DNA from: Lama glama
Taxonomy: Eukaryota
Assembly: GCA_028534125.1 (NCBI GenBank)
Contig: CM052816.1
Location: forward strand, 97,962,001-98,026,000
DNA length: 64,000 nt
Direction of reading: 5' to 3'
Below the pieces are notes generated by a model. It had not been told where the DNA came from, ran no database searches, and saw only the letters and a list, made by a program, of their open reading frames with translations. Below, piece by piece: positions 17,421 through 30,560 of this stretch; the first letter of the stretch is position 1; each line of letters opens with the position of its first letter. The position numbers and the translations under genes are program-made.

Positions 17421-20400
17421 ACCTCAGTTACTCACTCATCGGAGGGCCAGAGCTGAAGGAATGCTAATGTCCAGGGAAGGCGATGGTAGGGAAATGCGGG
17501 CGTTCAGGTTGGTGCTGCCCCTGGGAGGGGGGCTTCCCCTGTGCTTCTGGTTTGACTCCGGGGAGAGATCGTGTTGCTGGCGTGATCCTGGGTCAAGTGA
17601 GGCCGGAGTTACGTCAGGGGTCCCCGGTGCTCTGGGACTTGGGCCCCAGGAGCTGCAGAAAGCCAGGAGTTGGGTGGAGAGAGCCCTCCCCGTCCTCTGG
17701 GCGCTGAACGGTGGCCAGGTGTGTTTGTGGAGGGCGGTTAGCCTCCGCCTACCTGGCTGTGACCCGCCAGAGTGACGGTCAGTCAGGGTCTTCACTAGCA
17801 TGAGATACACAAGGAGTCAAAACAAAAGCCTCAACGATGTTGTCCCGCGTCGCCCAGAGTCTCGGGCTGAGCACCTCCCAGCGCTCTCACCAGCGGGAGC
17901 CCTGGGGCTCCTCGGAGGTGCTCACGTGCTGTTGCAAACCCTCGAGGTGGCATTTGTGCCTTTTCTTCCACATGCTCCTCATCAGTTGGCTTTGCTTTCC
18001 GTCCTACCCCAACCCCAGACAGCGGACTCTAGGTGCACAGGGAAGCTTGCCCTCCCCGGGCCCGGTGCTCAGAGGGCGTTGTTGAAGGACCGCTGGAGAG
18101 CAGACCTCAGCAGCGGGCGCCCTGAGTGACGTGATGCCTGCCTCTCGAGGGGACACTGACTTCTCTGGCCCTGCCTCAGGGTGCCGTTTGGAAGGAAGTG
18201 GGACTGGCGCTCTGGTCATCTGGTGGGGGGGGGCCTCTGCCCAGCTAGTCACAGGACTCAGGGAAGGGGCTAGCAGCCCCCACCTCCCCTGCCCCTGGGA
18301 CACCAGCCTATTGCTAAACTCAAGGAGTCGGACCTGACCCAGGCGTGCCACTCCCACTGGGTTCCCCGTTCGCCAGCTAAGCCAACATCTGCTGAGCGCT
18401 CACGACCTCGTTCCAGCGTGGAAACGCGCCACCCGGTGGGCATCACTGCCTGGCACGTTTCAGGACGAGGCAACGGGAGGAAGTTCTCAGAGGGCTTTGC
18501 TCCGGAACAGAGCTGGGGTTTCTCTCCTGCCTCACAAGGCGGCGGTGTCTTGTGGGGATGTAGTTTAAACAGTGTATCTATTCAGCATTATAAATATGAA
18601 TTTTACATTTGGAACACGACACTAAGATCATTAAAAAGTCATTAATTGCAGAAAATTAAGCTCATCGGAATCTTGGCCGGTGGCACTAGGGCAGAAGACC
18701 GCCAGCCGCACCGTCACAGGCAGAGTGCCACAATCTCCCGGAGGTGGTGAGGGCAGAGGTGCCAGATTCCATCCGAAGTGTTTTAAAAGCCCCCCTGGAG
18801 CTGCAGGACCAGAAACTTGGGCTGGTTTTGCGAGCACATTGGCCAGGTAGGCCTCAGATGTCCTTGGGCCCTTGGCCACGTCTCCCTCTTTGCCGTCAGG
18901 AAGGGACAGGATGGGGCGCACTCAGGGAGGGCAAATGGGGTTCCGGCGTGCTGCCTGGGGTTTCCCTTCCCACCCTCGACCGACATGCAAAGGCCCGCTT
19001 TGGCCCTCTGGGCAGCACACATGTGCCGTTGTAACTGGTGCATATGCAGAACCCCGAATCCCTGGGCCAAAACAGTGCACCGTCCCCAAGGACAGCAGAG
19101 GGCTGCCCACACCGCATGGCGAGCGGGCCGCGATGTGCCCGACGCTGTACCGCGTGGCTTAGCTTCCCCAGGCTCGCACAGCACCAGGCTCTTAGCCTAG
19201 GGGACAGCAGAGGGCAGCTCTGAGTCGAGGCTGGATGGGCAGGATCGGAGGAGGGACCCGGGGGCCCGGCCGCCTGGGGCTGCCCCTGGGGAGAGAAGGG
19301 TGTGCTAGGAGCAGGTTAATTCTGACTACATGGAGAGGGGCGGGTGGGTGCATTTCGTGGCTTCTTCAGTGATGACCAGCGTGAGCCTCCAGTGCCGGAG
19401 AAGGTGGGTCCGCAGGGCCGGTGGGGACCAGCCCAGTGCTGCTCTAGGGCACACAGTTCTGCGGGCTTCCCACAGGTTCTTGTATGGGGCCAACTCCTGC
19501 AGAGTAGGGACCAGCTGCAGGCTACATGGCATCCTGGTATCCTTGAGTGCTAAAGGTCAGACCAACAGGAGATTAATGATGGCCTCTGAACAAACCCCGC
19601 CTTCCAGCCTCCCATCCCATTTCAACTGTGCCTGCGGGAGCAGAGCCAGGGAGAGTCACTGAAGTCTGAGCCTCCCTGAGCTGCTCACAGAGCCCAGCTC
19701 TCTGGGGGGGTAGCTCTGCCCTCCCTCCCTTCACTGGAGTTGGGGGTGCTGTGTCCACTCCGGGCCCCCAGGAGTTACAGTGGAACAGAAGGCCACCAGA
19801 TCTATTTGCGGTTGTGTACTAGACAGAGAGCATCACTCTGCCCTTTGATTGAGAGGCATTAGGGAGTGAATTGTCCCTGGGGGATGGGCAATAATGAACG
19901 ACTCCACTTTCCGGCTGAGGAGGAGAAGCAGCCCAGCAAACCAGCCCCTTCCAGCCCCCAGGTGACCGCTGGGCAGGCTCCTCTGAGCAGCAGCGGTCAA
20001 TCCTCAGCGTCCCAGGTCCTGAGTCAACCCTTTAGCGGCTGCCCCCGCTGCATCCCCGCCCTCTGGTCAGGCGCCCAGACATCTTCCCCAGGCTCTCCCC
20101 ACGGGCCACGTGTGGGCGGGCGGGCACGGTGCACCCCCCCACCCCCACCGGGCCCTGCAGCCGCACTGTCTGTCACCCTCCCGGGGAAAGCCACCGCCAG
20201 GATGAGCACTGTCAAGAACACGTGTTCGTGGTCCCCAGAAAAAGGACTGGCAGGAAAAGTGCTCCACCTCTTTGCTCCCTGGAATTCTATCTGTATTTCA
20301 AAATTCCTGCCGAAGCCCACAGTCTAAGGCATTGCATTATTTAAAACTCAAATGAATTTCAACCAGAACCTGAATGTGCACGTTATAAGCGGAGGCCAGT

Positions 20401-20769
20401 CCTCAGATCTTCCCCTGGTTCCCAGGAGACCAGGCCTGGAGGTCCGGTGGGAGGAGTGCTGGGCAGAATCCGAGGGGCACTAGGGTGGGCTCCCTCAGGC
20501 CTGTGCTCACACAGCCACGTGGCCAGCTGCCAGTGGGACTGCAGGTGGTGACAGTCACCCCAAGGGTCTCAGTCCCCTCACTGCTAAAACAAGGGGGCCA
20601 GACCTGTTGACCTTTGCTCTCTGTCCAGCTTAGAAGATCAGTGATTTGATGGGTGGATATTAGCAATGTGACTGCACTAGACCTACATTTAATACAGTCT
20701 GAGTGTGCGCACGTGAGTGTGCATGTGCGTGTGTGTGTGTGCGTGTGTAGGGCACTCAAAGTCAAAACT

Positions 20770-21600
20770 GATTTTTACTATCTCGGGGTGTGGAAGGTTT
20801 TTGAAAATATGACCCCAAACCCAGAAACATGAAAGAGAAGATTCATGAATCCAGCTTCATCAGAATCTCCTGGATAGAAAAAAGCCTGTAAAATAGTCAA
20901 GACAAAGGATGAACTGAAAGGCACGCCACATCAAAGGGCTCATTTCTTTACTAAAGAAGAGTGCCTCCAACCAAAAAGGAAAAGATCAATAAGCAGAGAA
21001 ATAAGCAAGATCTATAGATACTAATGGCCAGTAAACATGTAAAATGTGCCCAAACCTGTAAGAGGAGCAAACTTCAGCAACGAGACACAGCTTGTCTTTC
21101 TCTGTAACACTACTGGCAAGGCATCTGGCACTCCTCTGATGGGCGTGCACGTTGGTTAAACCTCTCTGCATGGCAATTGGACAATCCCTGTCAAGTCTGA
21201 AACTCCCATTCCCTTTGACTTGGGAATTACCCTCCCAGGAACTTACCCAACAAACAGCTTGGTGAATGGGTATGTGTGCGGATTAATCACCGGGGCATGG
21301 TCAGAGCAAGGGACTGGAAACCAGCTGCTGACAGGAGAATCAATGAACTAGGTCGTCACGGGGCCACAATAGAGTAGGACGATGCAGCTGCTCAGGGGTA
21401 CGGCAGCTCTCTACTTGCTGCTGTGTGTCTCTAATTCACACTGGTAAGTGCAAGGAGAGCAAAATGCGGAACGGCCCGCAGAGCCTGCCAGCATCTGCAC
21501 TCCTTGTGCAATACTTGTGGATGTCTCTGGAAGGATGCCCGTGGAACTTGTCACTGCGCTTGTCTCCAGAGAGGAGATGGGGTGTCTGAAGGGACAGGGA
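20770..21600 (+). mobile_element. Ancient L1ME 3' portion
   Basis: Degenerate L1 3' motifs (ccagaaacatgaaagagaagattcatgaa, ggcaattggacaatcc, cattccctttgacttgggaattacc). Confidence 0.55.
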
Positions 21601-21629
21601 TTGGAAGAGGATGCCTTGTGTCGCCAGGT

Positions 21630-21960
21630 CCAGGTATGGCTGTGCAGGTGTTTTGAAGACACGATTAACTCAAGGTGATTACCCTCCACCATGTGGGTGG
21701 GCATCGTCCAATCAGTTGAAGATCTTGAGAACAAAGCTGAGGTTTCCTTGAGGAAGAAAAGGTTCTGGCCTCAAGACCACAGCCTCAGCTCCTGCCCACG
21801 TTTCCAGCCTTCCCTTCCTGCTGGCCTGCCCACTGGACTTCAGACCTGACAGCCCCATGATGGCCAAGCCATTCCTTAGACTTTCTGTCCCTGTCCCCCT
21901 CCCTCTCCCCATGTTCTACTGGTTCTCTTCCCTGTGTTCCTGCTGGAGCCCCAGATGACA
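21630..21960 (+). mobile_element. MLT2-type (ERVL) solo LTR fragment
   Basis: gattaccctccaccatgtgggtgggcatcgtccaatcagttgaagatcttgagaacaaagctgaggtttcc matches the MLT2 consensus as I recall it. Confidence 0.75.
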
Positions 21961-22821
21961 GAATCCTCCAGAACTAGGAGTGCCTGTAATTCAAGGTACA
22001 TCCTGTTTATTTCCTAGACGTAGCCCACTCCATTGCCTTGGGAATCGCTTAGGAAGAGGGGGGTGTGCGAAGAGAGGTGTGTTTTTTCCTTGTCACGTTA
22101 CGAACAATTTGTTCGCAAGAGGAAGTGACTGGAGAGAGAAAAACAGATCTAGAAACTTAGAAGTTGCCAAGGAGTTGAACGAGATGAAGGGACTTGGGCG
22201 ATGTTTTGAGAAGACACTTCTTTCTAAGGGCTGATGGTGGAGAAATAGGAAAGGCCAGTGCCTCTGGGAGGACACTGCTGGGCTCTTGATTTTGACTAAT
22301 CGTCTTGAGGGACAGCACAACTTTGCTTCCAGGGAGTTTGAAGGAGCCTCTCCCCACCGCTGGGACAGAGGGCTCCCAGTCCACCTCTCTCACTGCGCGG
22401 CGAGAGGGCAGACCTCACGGAGTCCAGCTGGGGCCTGAGCCCGGTGCCCTGAGCGGGGCCTCCACCCTCTCCACGGTCCATGTCACTCTGAGTAAGTGCT
22501 TCACTTTCCCCTCTTGACGGGGTCTCACCGGATACATGGATACACACCCGTGGGCTGCATGCTGGTCCCATCAAATGAGGTCACCTGGGACCTGAGGTCA
22601 CCTTTCATGGTTACTGCCGCTCAGGGTACCTCTGTTTTTTTTTTTTTTTGAAACATGGCTTAATTTTCTGCATATAAAAAACTTGGTAAATACAAGCATG
22701 CCATCATAGGGTCCAAGCATGATTTCAAAAATTTCGAATTGTGATTCTGAGATAAGTATGTAGTGACCACGGGTCACTGGTTCATGGATGGCTTATTTAA
22801 CTCAGCAGCAGGGGAGCAGGA

Positions 22822-22976
22822 TTTTAATTTTTATTTATTTGTTTTTTAGGGGAGGGAGGTAATTAGGTTTATTTATTTACTTTTGGAGGAGGTACTGGGG
22901 ATTGAACCCAGGACCTCATGCTTGCTAAACTGCTTGCTAAACTCATGCTCTGCCACTTGCGCTACACCCTCCCCCC
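22822..22976 (-). mobile_element. Camelid tRNA-derived SINE (Vic-1-like)
   Basis: Reverse complement GGGGGGAGGGTGTAGCGCAAGTGGCAGAGCATG...GAGGTCCTGGGTTCAATCCCCAGTACCTCC plus an A-rich tail; Pol III A and B boxes present. Confidence 0.85.
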
Positions 22977-24989
22977 AGCTGGTTTAATGAGCATTTGCGA
23001 ACAGACTGATACAGTCAGTTGGGAAGGAGGTGCTGGGGTAAGCTTGATACAAGATGCAGAATTGGGCTACGCAGCGATGGTGTAGCTTTGGGGCCTCAGC
23101 TATTTCTTCTTCACTTACCTTTACATTTTTAATTGATATGTTATTCTTTTGTCTCTTGATTCATCAATTTAATTTAATTTTGTGAACATTTGTTACTGAA
23201 AATTTCAAACGGACAGAAGCGGGGAGAACGGTGCAATGAACCACCCTTCCTGTGCAATCATCACTCACCTGGGACCAGTCACACTCGGGCTAATCTTGTT
23301 GTGCCTACCGGCCCCTCCCCCTGACACACACACGCGCGCACACACACACCTGCCCCAGATGATTCTAAAGCAAACCCAAGACAGTCTATTATTTCATTCA
23401 TAAATTTCTAGGAGAAAAAGATACGCTTTGTCTTACCACACTGTGGTACAACTTTCTCACCTAGAAAGTGCAGAGTTGCAGGGTTGAATCCTGTCGTGCT
23501 CCAGTTAAAAAAACAGAACCTAGCCAGGATCTGAGCAGCCTTCGGGACCGTCATGTGGCGGCTGTGCGTTCCCAGGAGACCGCCAGCTCTGTGAGGGCTG
23601 CGCCGACCTTGTGCACGACCGGCGGTTTCTCTGACCCCCACACCGAGGGATGCCCTGTGAGTCCTCCCCCTCTGACTCCGGATGTCCTGAGGACAAGCCA
23701 TCCTCAGCCCCATCACCCGAAACCAAGTCCTTTCCAAGCTGTATCCCCACTCCCTGCCGGGCTCCTCTTCTTGCTCTAATAAACCGAACACGCTTTCAAT
23801 GAAAGCAGCTGGAATTCTAATTGTTATCTTATTAGGACTTAACTTGTCCCCCACATGATTATCCCAGCTGGCAGTTCTGGCCATTAGGGTCACGTGAGCG
23901 GTGCTGCGAACACCCTGGAGGATGGGATACAGCTGGTCTGGGTGGGTAGGGCCCAGGCACTGGTTTCTTAAGGGTCCCCATGGTTCTCACAGGCACCTTT
24001 AGGGGAGACCACTGTCCCGCCGACCCGACAAGCACTGACAGTGTCAACAGCTTAGACAGGACGATCAGCAGAGAGAACTATTTCACAAGCCCAAAAGTGT
24101 TAGCGTGACCCAGTTTTTCACTTTTAAGTTCAGGCAACAGCTGGGGCCAGACTATTAAACCAGCAAGCACAGCTCATTGAAAACCACGAGAGGTTCCCTT
24201 TCCCAGTGAGATGGGGTGGCTCACACTGGCCTTTCCAGCTGCCTGTGTCCTGCAGATGATGCTTCAGAGGTCTTCAAGGCAGGCTGGCCCTGCGGAAGGG
24301 TGAAGACCACCTTTTCATTCCTTCTACATCTCACGATAAAACCTGCTTTCCCAGGAGGCTCTACAGGCCAAGTGGAGGAGCTCCGTGGGGGCTCCTGGCT
24401 ATTGTGGCTTAAATCGGACTTAGTGGGGCTTCTCACATGCACGGGCAGGGCTGGTAGCAGAACACTAATGACCCCAAGATTCCCATCCCCTGGTGGGCAT
24501 GCCCTTTATACCCCCTACCCCCACCCCAGATTTCCAGTAGAAACTGTGACTGTGATGGGACAGCACGCCTGTGAGTAGGTTACTGATCAGTTGACCTGAA
24601 GTTAATCAACAGGCAGAGAATCCCGGCGAGCCTGGCCTAATCAGTTGAGTCCTTCAAGGGACTGAGCCCTTCCTGGAGTGAGAGGTTGGAACTCTGAGGG
24701 CCCTGCAAAGGGGGCCACGTGGCAAGGGCATGAGGGTAACCTCCAGTAGCAGAGGGCCATCCCCAGCTGACAGCTAGAAGGACAATGGGGACATAGTTCT
24801 CCTGTGATCTCTAGGAAGTACATTCTGTCAACAACAGAGGGATGTGTGGATGTGGGTCTTTTCTCAGCTAAGCCTCCAGGTGAGGACACAGTCGGCTGAG
24901 AGCTTGATGGCAACTCGGAAATCCAGGATCAAGCTGACATGTGTTGAGCTCGATGGAAACTGTGAGGTCAGAAATGTTGGGGTTTTGTT

Positions 24990-25615
24990 GGTTGGTTTGT
25001 TTATTAGGTTTATTTGTTACAAAATATACACATATGAAATTGACTATTTTAATCATTTTAAAATATACAATTCAGTGGCATTAAGTAGTGCTGTGCAACT
25101 GTCACCACATTTTCAGACATTTTTCACCATCTCAAACTGAAACTGTCCCCATTAAACCGTAACTCCCCACTCCTCCCTCCTTGAGCCCAGTGACTTCTGT
25201 TCTACTTTCTGTCTCTAGGAATTTGTCTGTTCTAAGTGTGTCACATAGTGGAAACCCCACAGTATTTGGCTTTTTTAAAAAACTGTATTTTATTTATTTA
25301 TTTATTTTAATGGAGGTACTGGGGACTGAACCCAGGACCTCGTGCACGCTAAGCATGCACCCCACCATTGGGCTGTACTCACCTCCCTGTTTTTTTGTGT
25401 CTGGTTTATTTTATTTAGCATAATGTCTCAGGTTCATCCATGCTGTGGCATGTGTCAGAATTTCACTCATTTTTATGGCTGAAAAATATTCCAGTGCACG
25501 GTTAGACCACATTTTGTTTATCCATTTACCTGCTGATGCGCATTTGGGTTGTTTCCACCTTTTGACTATTGTGAATAACGTTGCTGTGAGCATGAGTATA
25601 CAAGAATCCATTTAA
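24990..25615 (-). mobile_element. L1M 3' end nested in the MLT1 LTR
   Basis: Minus-strand translation FTIVKRWKQPKCASAGKWINKMW plus an L1 3' terminus. Confidence 0.8.
25271..25387 (-). mobile_element. Camelid Vic-1-like SINE nested in the L1
   Basis: tttatttatttattttaatggaggtactggggactgaacccaggacctcgtgcacgctaagcatgcac...ctccc, the same family as 22822-22976. Confidence 0.85.
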
Positions 25616-27164
25616 GTCCCTAAGTTGCTAAGGTTTTTGGTAATTTGTTATGCAGCCAAAAAAAAAAAAAGAATACAGAAGGGAAACCAGATTCTAAAAG
25701 GAGCTCTTCATTTGATGTGCTGCATTTGTAGATCATAAACCCTGAAATGATCTCATTATCTTCACAATCGGCAAGGGTGAGGAAGACTGAGCTGAAACGG
25801 CCCACACTGGGTTCTGAAACACACCAGACAGCAAATGGTCCCCAGCACCGACTCCCCTTCCTCCAGACCGACGTGAAATGTCCCTGAGACCCGGGGCCTG
25901 TGCTGGGGACAGCCTGCCACAGAGTCTGCCCTCCATCCTCGGTCGGTCAGGGCTCAGTCTGAGCTGGGACCTGCAGGCTCGTTCGTGGTAATAGCTCAGT
26001 GATGGCAAAGGTGAGGGGTGGCCACTGTCCCTCCAGCCTCAGTTTCCAGAATCAGGAAGGGCTCCGGGTTCCGGTCCTTCCAGCCTAACCCATCCAGCTG
26101 ACCTACCAGGGAGCCCATCCTTCCAGCTGCCACCTCCCCTCCACCCGTCAGCCTCCGTCCTCCTGGCTCCCCTGGGTGCTGAGGTGGGTCCATGCCGTTG
26201 TACCCTCCCCTCCCGCAGAGCGCCCTCGCTGCCCTGTCCGCGGGGGAGCTCTGAGGTTTAATCACACATCAACAAGCAGTGACCGTAGACGTCTTAAAGC
26301 GAATATCTGCTGACTGTTTATGATACAACAGGCACTTTGCTAGAAATAGTTGAGGTTGTCCAGTTATGTCTCTGTCTATAAATGACAAACTAAGCTTTGG
26401 GGAGGTTGAGCAACTTGTTCAAAGGGATGGCCGTGGATCCAAAGATCGTGTGGTCACGACTGACATCTGAGACCCTCCATGGCAAGCTTTGGACTTGGGC
26501 AAACGGGACATCCGGGGAGACTGAAGCAGGAGCAGTTTCTCAGAGAGGGAGAGAGACAGGAGCCCGGATGAGGAGCTGTGCCGGAAGCTGTGGGTCCCAG
26601 TTCTACGCCAGCTTGACTGCGTTCAGTTCTTGGGTGTGTGTACAGGACATACAGGAACTGGCGCTAATATGAGTAGATTTTCCTGGTAACAAAATTGTCT
26701 TAAATAAAATAAGCTAATATGTACCTATCTCATTATATTTTGCATGTTTTTTCCCTTTTGCCTAAGAGCTTCCTCTGCGTTTCAAACAGCTAGGGGTAAA
26801 GCCCATAAAAGCAAACTAAAACTATTCTTACTCTCAACACAAAGCAATTAATGAGGTAATCTGTTGCTAATCCATCCATCTTTTTTCTATATCTAAGTAT
26901 TTTATGAGATGTCATGATCAGCACCTGTGTTTTTATCTGCATGAACTCTAGATCACTGACGTCTTTGAAGAACTTTTGGTGGCTGCATAGGTTTCACTGA
27001 ATAAATGAACCATAGTTTATTCAATCGTGAACCGTCGCGTGCCTGTGTTGTTTGTGCTGAGATCAGCACCACCGTACCACTCAGAAATACACCAGCAGTC
27101 GGCACCCACTGGTTGATAATTGATGAGACTGTTTTCTGGAAAGGAAAATCCAGATTCTCACATG

Positions 27165-27345
27165 TTAGTGCTTCTAATCCTGGCTACAGGCTAGACTCGC
27201 TCTAGAAGGCTTTTTAATAAGTACAATGGCTGGGCGCAACCCCAGAGCTTCTAATCTAATTGGCCCGGGTGCACCTGCCAGAGGCATGGCTCGTATAGCT
27301 CTCCAGGTGATCCTAATTTGCAGTCAAGGCTGCAAAACACCGAAA
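27165..27345. mobile_element. MER5-type hAT-Charlie MITE
   Basis: ccccagagcttctaatctaattgg...ctctccaggtgatcctaatttgcagtcaaggctg resembles MER5A/B. Confidence 0.55.
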
Positions 27346-27383
27346 AAGGCTGTCTTTATAAAACAGGTGCTTGTTCATGTCTT

Positions 27384-28251
27384 TTTATTTTTAATTGAAG
27401 TGTAGTCAGTTTACAATGTTGTGTCAATATCTGGTGTACAGCACAATGCTTCAGTCATACATAAATATGCATATATTTGTTTTCATGTTCTTTTTCACCA
27501 TGAGCTACTATAAAATATCATATATGGTTCCCTGTGCTCTACACTATAAATTTGCAAATCTGAAAATCTTGAACTCCCAATTTATCCCTTCCCACCGCCT
27601 TCCTCCGGGTAACCATAAGTTTGTTTCCTATGTCTGTGAGTCTGTTTCTGTTTTATATATAAGTTCATTTGTCTTTTTTTTTTTTTCAGATTCCACGTAT
27701 GAGCGATCTCATATGGCATTTTTCTTTCTCTTTCTGGCTCACTTCACTTAGAGTGACATTCTCCAGGTCCATCCATGTTGCTGCAAATGGCATTATTTTA
27801 TTCTTTTTTATGGCTGAGTAGTATTTCATTGTATAAATACACCACAGCTTCTTTATCCAGTCATCTGTCAATGGACATTTAGGTTGTTTCCATGTCTTGC
27901 CTATTGTAAATAGTGCTGCTATGAACACTGGGGTGCAGGTGTCTTTTTGAATTAAGGATCCCTCTGGATATATGCCCAGGAGTAGGACTGCTGGATCATA
28001 TGGTAAGTCTATTTTTAGTTTTTTGATGAGTCTCCATACTGTTTTCCACAACGGCTGCACCAAACTGCATTCCCGCCAGCAGTGCAGGAGGGTTCCCCTT
28101 TCTCCACAGCCTCTCCAGCATTTATCATTTGTGGACTTTTGAATGATGGCCATTCTGACTGGTGTGAGGTGATACCTCATTCCCAAACACATTCTATAAA
28201 GCCACTGTCACCCTGATACCAAAACCAGACAGGCACTACCAAAAAAGAAAA
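27384..28251 (-). mobile_element. Young camelid-type L1, 5'-truncated with an inverted 5' segment (28181-28251)
   Basis: Intact ORF2 C-terminus [13 protein letters not shown]...[17 protein letters not shown]...; TSD ttgttcatgtctt (27371-27383) / ttgctcatgtctt (28252-28264). Confidence 0.92.
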
Positions 28252-28429
28252 TTGCTCATGTCTTAATAACGTGTTACAATGCCTCCTCACTACTTTTTGA
28301 GCTCCTTCCTCTCTTGCTTACTGAGCTGGCTGGGGTAACTTGAGAATGTCAATCAAGGGAGGTAGAAAATTAATTCGTTTGAAATAACTGGCCTTTGCTC
28401 ATTGTATAAGCTAGGCATGACCTTGAAAC

Positions 28430-30560
28430 CAGGGACAAAGACAAGAAAACCAAACTGCTGGCCCATCTCACCTATGAAGCAGGACTGCTGACGAAACATT
28501 AGCAAACTGAATCCCAGAGCGTACAAAAATGAAGATAACCAATACCTAGGAGTCACCTACCAATACAAGGAAAATTTAATGTTTGAAAATCTGAAAATAT
28601 CATTGTTTTGAGAGGAGAATCATCTCAGTAGAAGTCAAGAAAGCATCTTATAAAATTAACCATGATGAAAAATAAAAACTTTCTTATTAAACTAGGAGTA
28701 AGAGTAAATGTTCTTCACCTGATAAAGGGTACCTTAAAATATACATAATGAATCATTCTAGTGATGAAACATGGGCATATTCACTTTAAAATCAGCAATA
28801 AGACAAGAATGCCCCATATTTCTATGCTTCTTTTTTACATTGTATAGAAAAAGGAATCACATAGAACAGAAAAAGGGAAATTTGTCATTATATGCAGATA
28901 TGCAAATATTTGTGTCTACACATCATATTGTTTGTAGATATTATAGTCTATAGAAATAACACTAATGTCTATAAATTATTATTAATAGATATTTAGCAAG
29001 TTGGCTGGGCATAACATTGATTTACAAAACTGAACAGCAAAACAAAATTTGTATTAGAAAAAAAATCTGTAAGTTACTTTAGAACAAATCTGAGAAGTTG
29101 TGTTTGAAACCCAAACACAGAAAATCTAGAGCAAATACATGGGTGGATATCCTGTGTTTATGAGTAGAAAATCATAATAGCATGAACATGCAAATTCTCT
29201 CTGAATGGATCTCTAGATTTAAGGCAGCTCCAATCAGAATTGCAACTTGACGCTTGAATTCTAATGTGTATGGTGAAGATTGAAGGACTGAGAATAGCCA
29301 TGAATATTCTAAAGAAGAATAAGGTGGGAGGGCGGATTCGTCCAGCAGATATCAAGCATTATCATGAAGCTCTAGCAAGTAAGATGGTGTGGTGTTGGGC
29401 TGAGGATAACAAACAGCCAGTGGAGCAGGATGGAGGACCCAGAAACAGAACCACAGAAGCATAACTCACACACGACACAGGACAGAGGTGGGATGGGACA
29501 TCACTGATTGAAGGGGAGACTGTTCAGTAAACGGAGCTGAAAAAGCTGTTTTTCCTTTGTCATTGTGGGAAGTAGAACAAGACCCCTACCTCACACCATA
29601 CACAAAAGTCAACTCTACTTTGACAGAAAATAGAAATATCATAACAAAACTTTAAAAGTTTTAGGAGAAAATACAGGTGATTATTTTTCTGATCTTGGGG
29701 TAGGAGAAAGCTTTCTTAAACAATACACCAAAAACCCTACACTATAAAACACGGATGCATTTGGCAAGCTAGAAAAAAGATGGTATTAACAGCACATGTA
29801 ACTAATACAGATGGTATAAAACAAACTTGTAGAAAATATTGAGAAAAAGACAACTGAGTTATAAAAATTCGGTAAAGACATGGACAGGCCTTTTAGAGAA
29901 GAGGAAACACAGGGGCTAATAAACTAAGAGGAGATGACAAACCCCACTGGAAGCCAGGAACATGCTGGACACAGTGAAATACCCATGTACACCCACGTCT
30001 CCCTGGCAAGATTATGAAGTCTGATAGTGCCAAGTATTGAAGAGGAAGTGAAGCAATAGTATGCTTCACACGTTGCTGGTGAGGGTGGAAATTGTTACAA
30101 CCACTGTTGAAATCAATTTTGTAAATCTGAGCATTAGCACACCCTACAGTCTCGCAGTTCCAACTCTCTCTGGGATCCCGCGCAGAGAGAGGCTCGCGAA
30201 CGCACGGGACAAGTCACGGACCCAGAATGAGCAGAGCAGCGCTGTTTCCAACAGCAAAACATTGGAAACATCCCAACTGCCTGTGTCGATCGGAGCCCAT
30301 TCACACTTGGACTGCCACACAAAGGTGAAAAGGAATGCTGCTGCCTTAAAAATAGGATGCGTTGTAGGCATCTCATGATGTTGCATGAGGAAGCAAGTTC
30401 CAAAAGACTTCATGTAGCATGAGAGCCTTTCTACATAGTTTTAAAAATGCCCAGCTGAACAAATTATTGTTTGGCCTACGTGTGAATGTCATAAGAGTTA
30501 TTTTTAAAGAGCAAAGTACCAAATTTAAGGCAGTAGTTGCCTCTGAGGAGAGAGGCCGAG
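28430..30560 (+). mobile_element. Ancient L1ME ORF2 to 3'UTR
   Basis: Decayed ORF2 peptides (LKSAIRQECP, LSLYADM, LRIAMNILKKNKVGG...DIKHYHEA...MVWCW) and L1 3' motifs. Confidence 0.75.

Larger units (their letters stand above)
24450..25660 (+). mobile_element. MLT1 (MaLR) solo LTR, interrupted at ~24990-25615 by an L1 fragment
   Basis: tggtagcagaacactaatgaccccaagattcccatcccctgg ... ggccacgtggcaagg ... aactgtgaggtcagaaatg; resumes with taagttgctaaggtttttggtaatttgttatgcagc. Confidence 0.75.

Noticed and set aside
22576..22603. Two AGGTCA nuclear-receptor half-sites (tgaggtcacct x2)
   Set aside because: The spacing fits no standard DR/IR element without mismatches; likely a small local duplication.
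22880..22976. tRNA-like sequence with A/B boxes
   Set aside because: It has a SINE-specific extension and A-rich tail, a disrupted anticodon arm and multiple copies in the window, so it is a SINE, not a tRNA gene.
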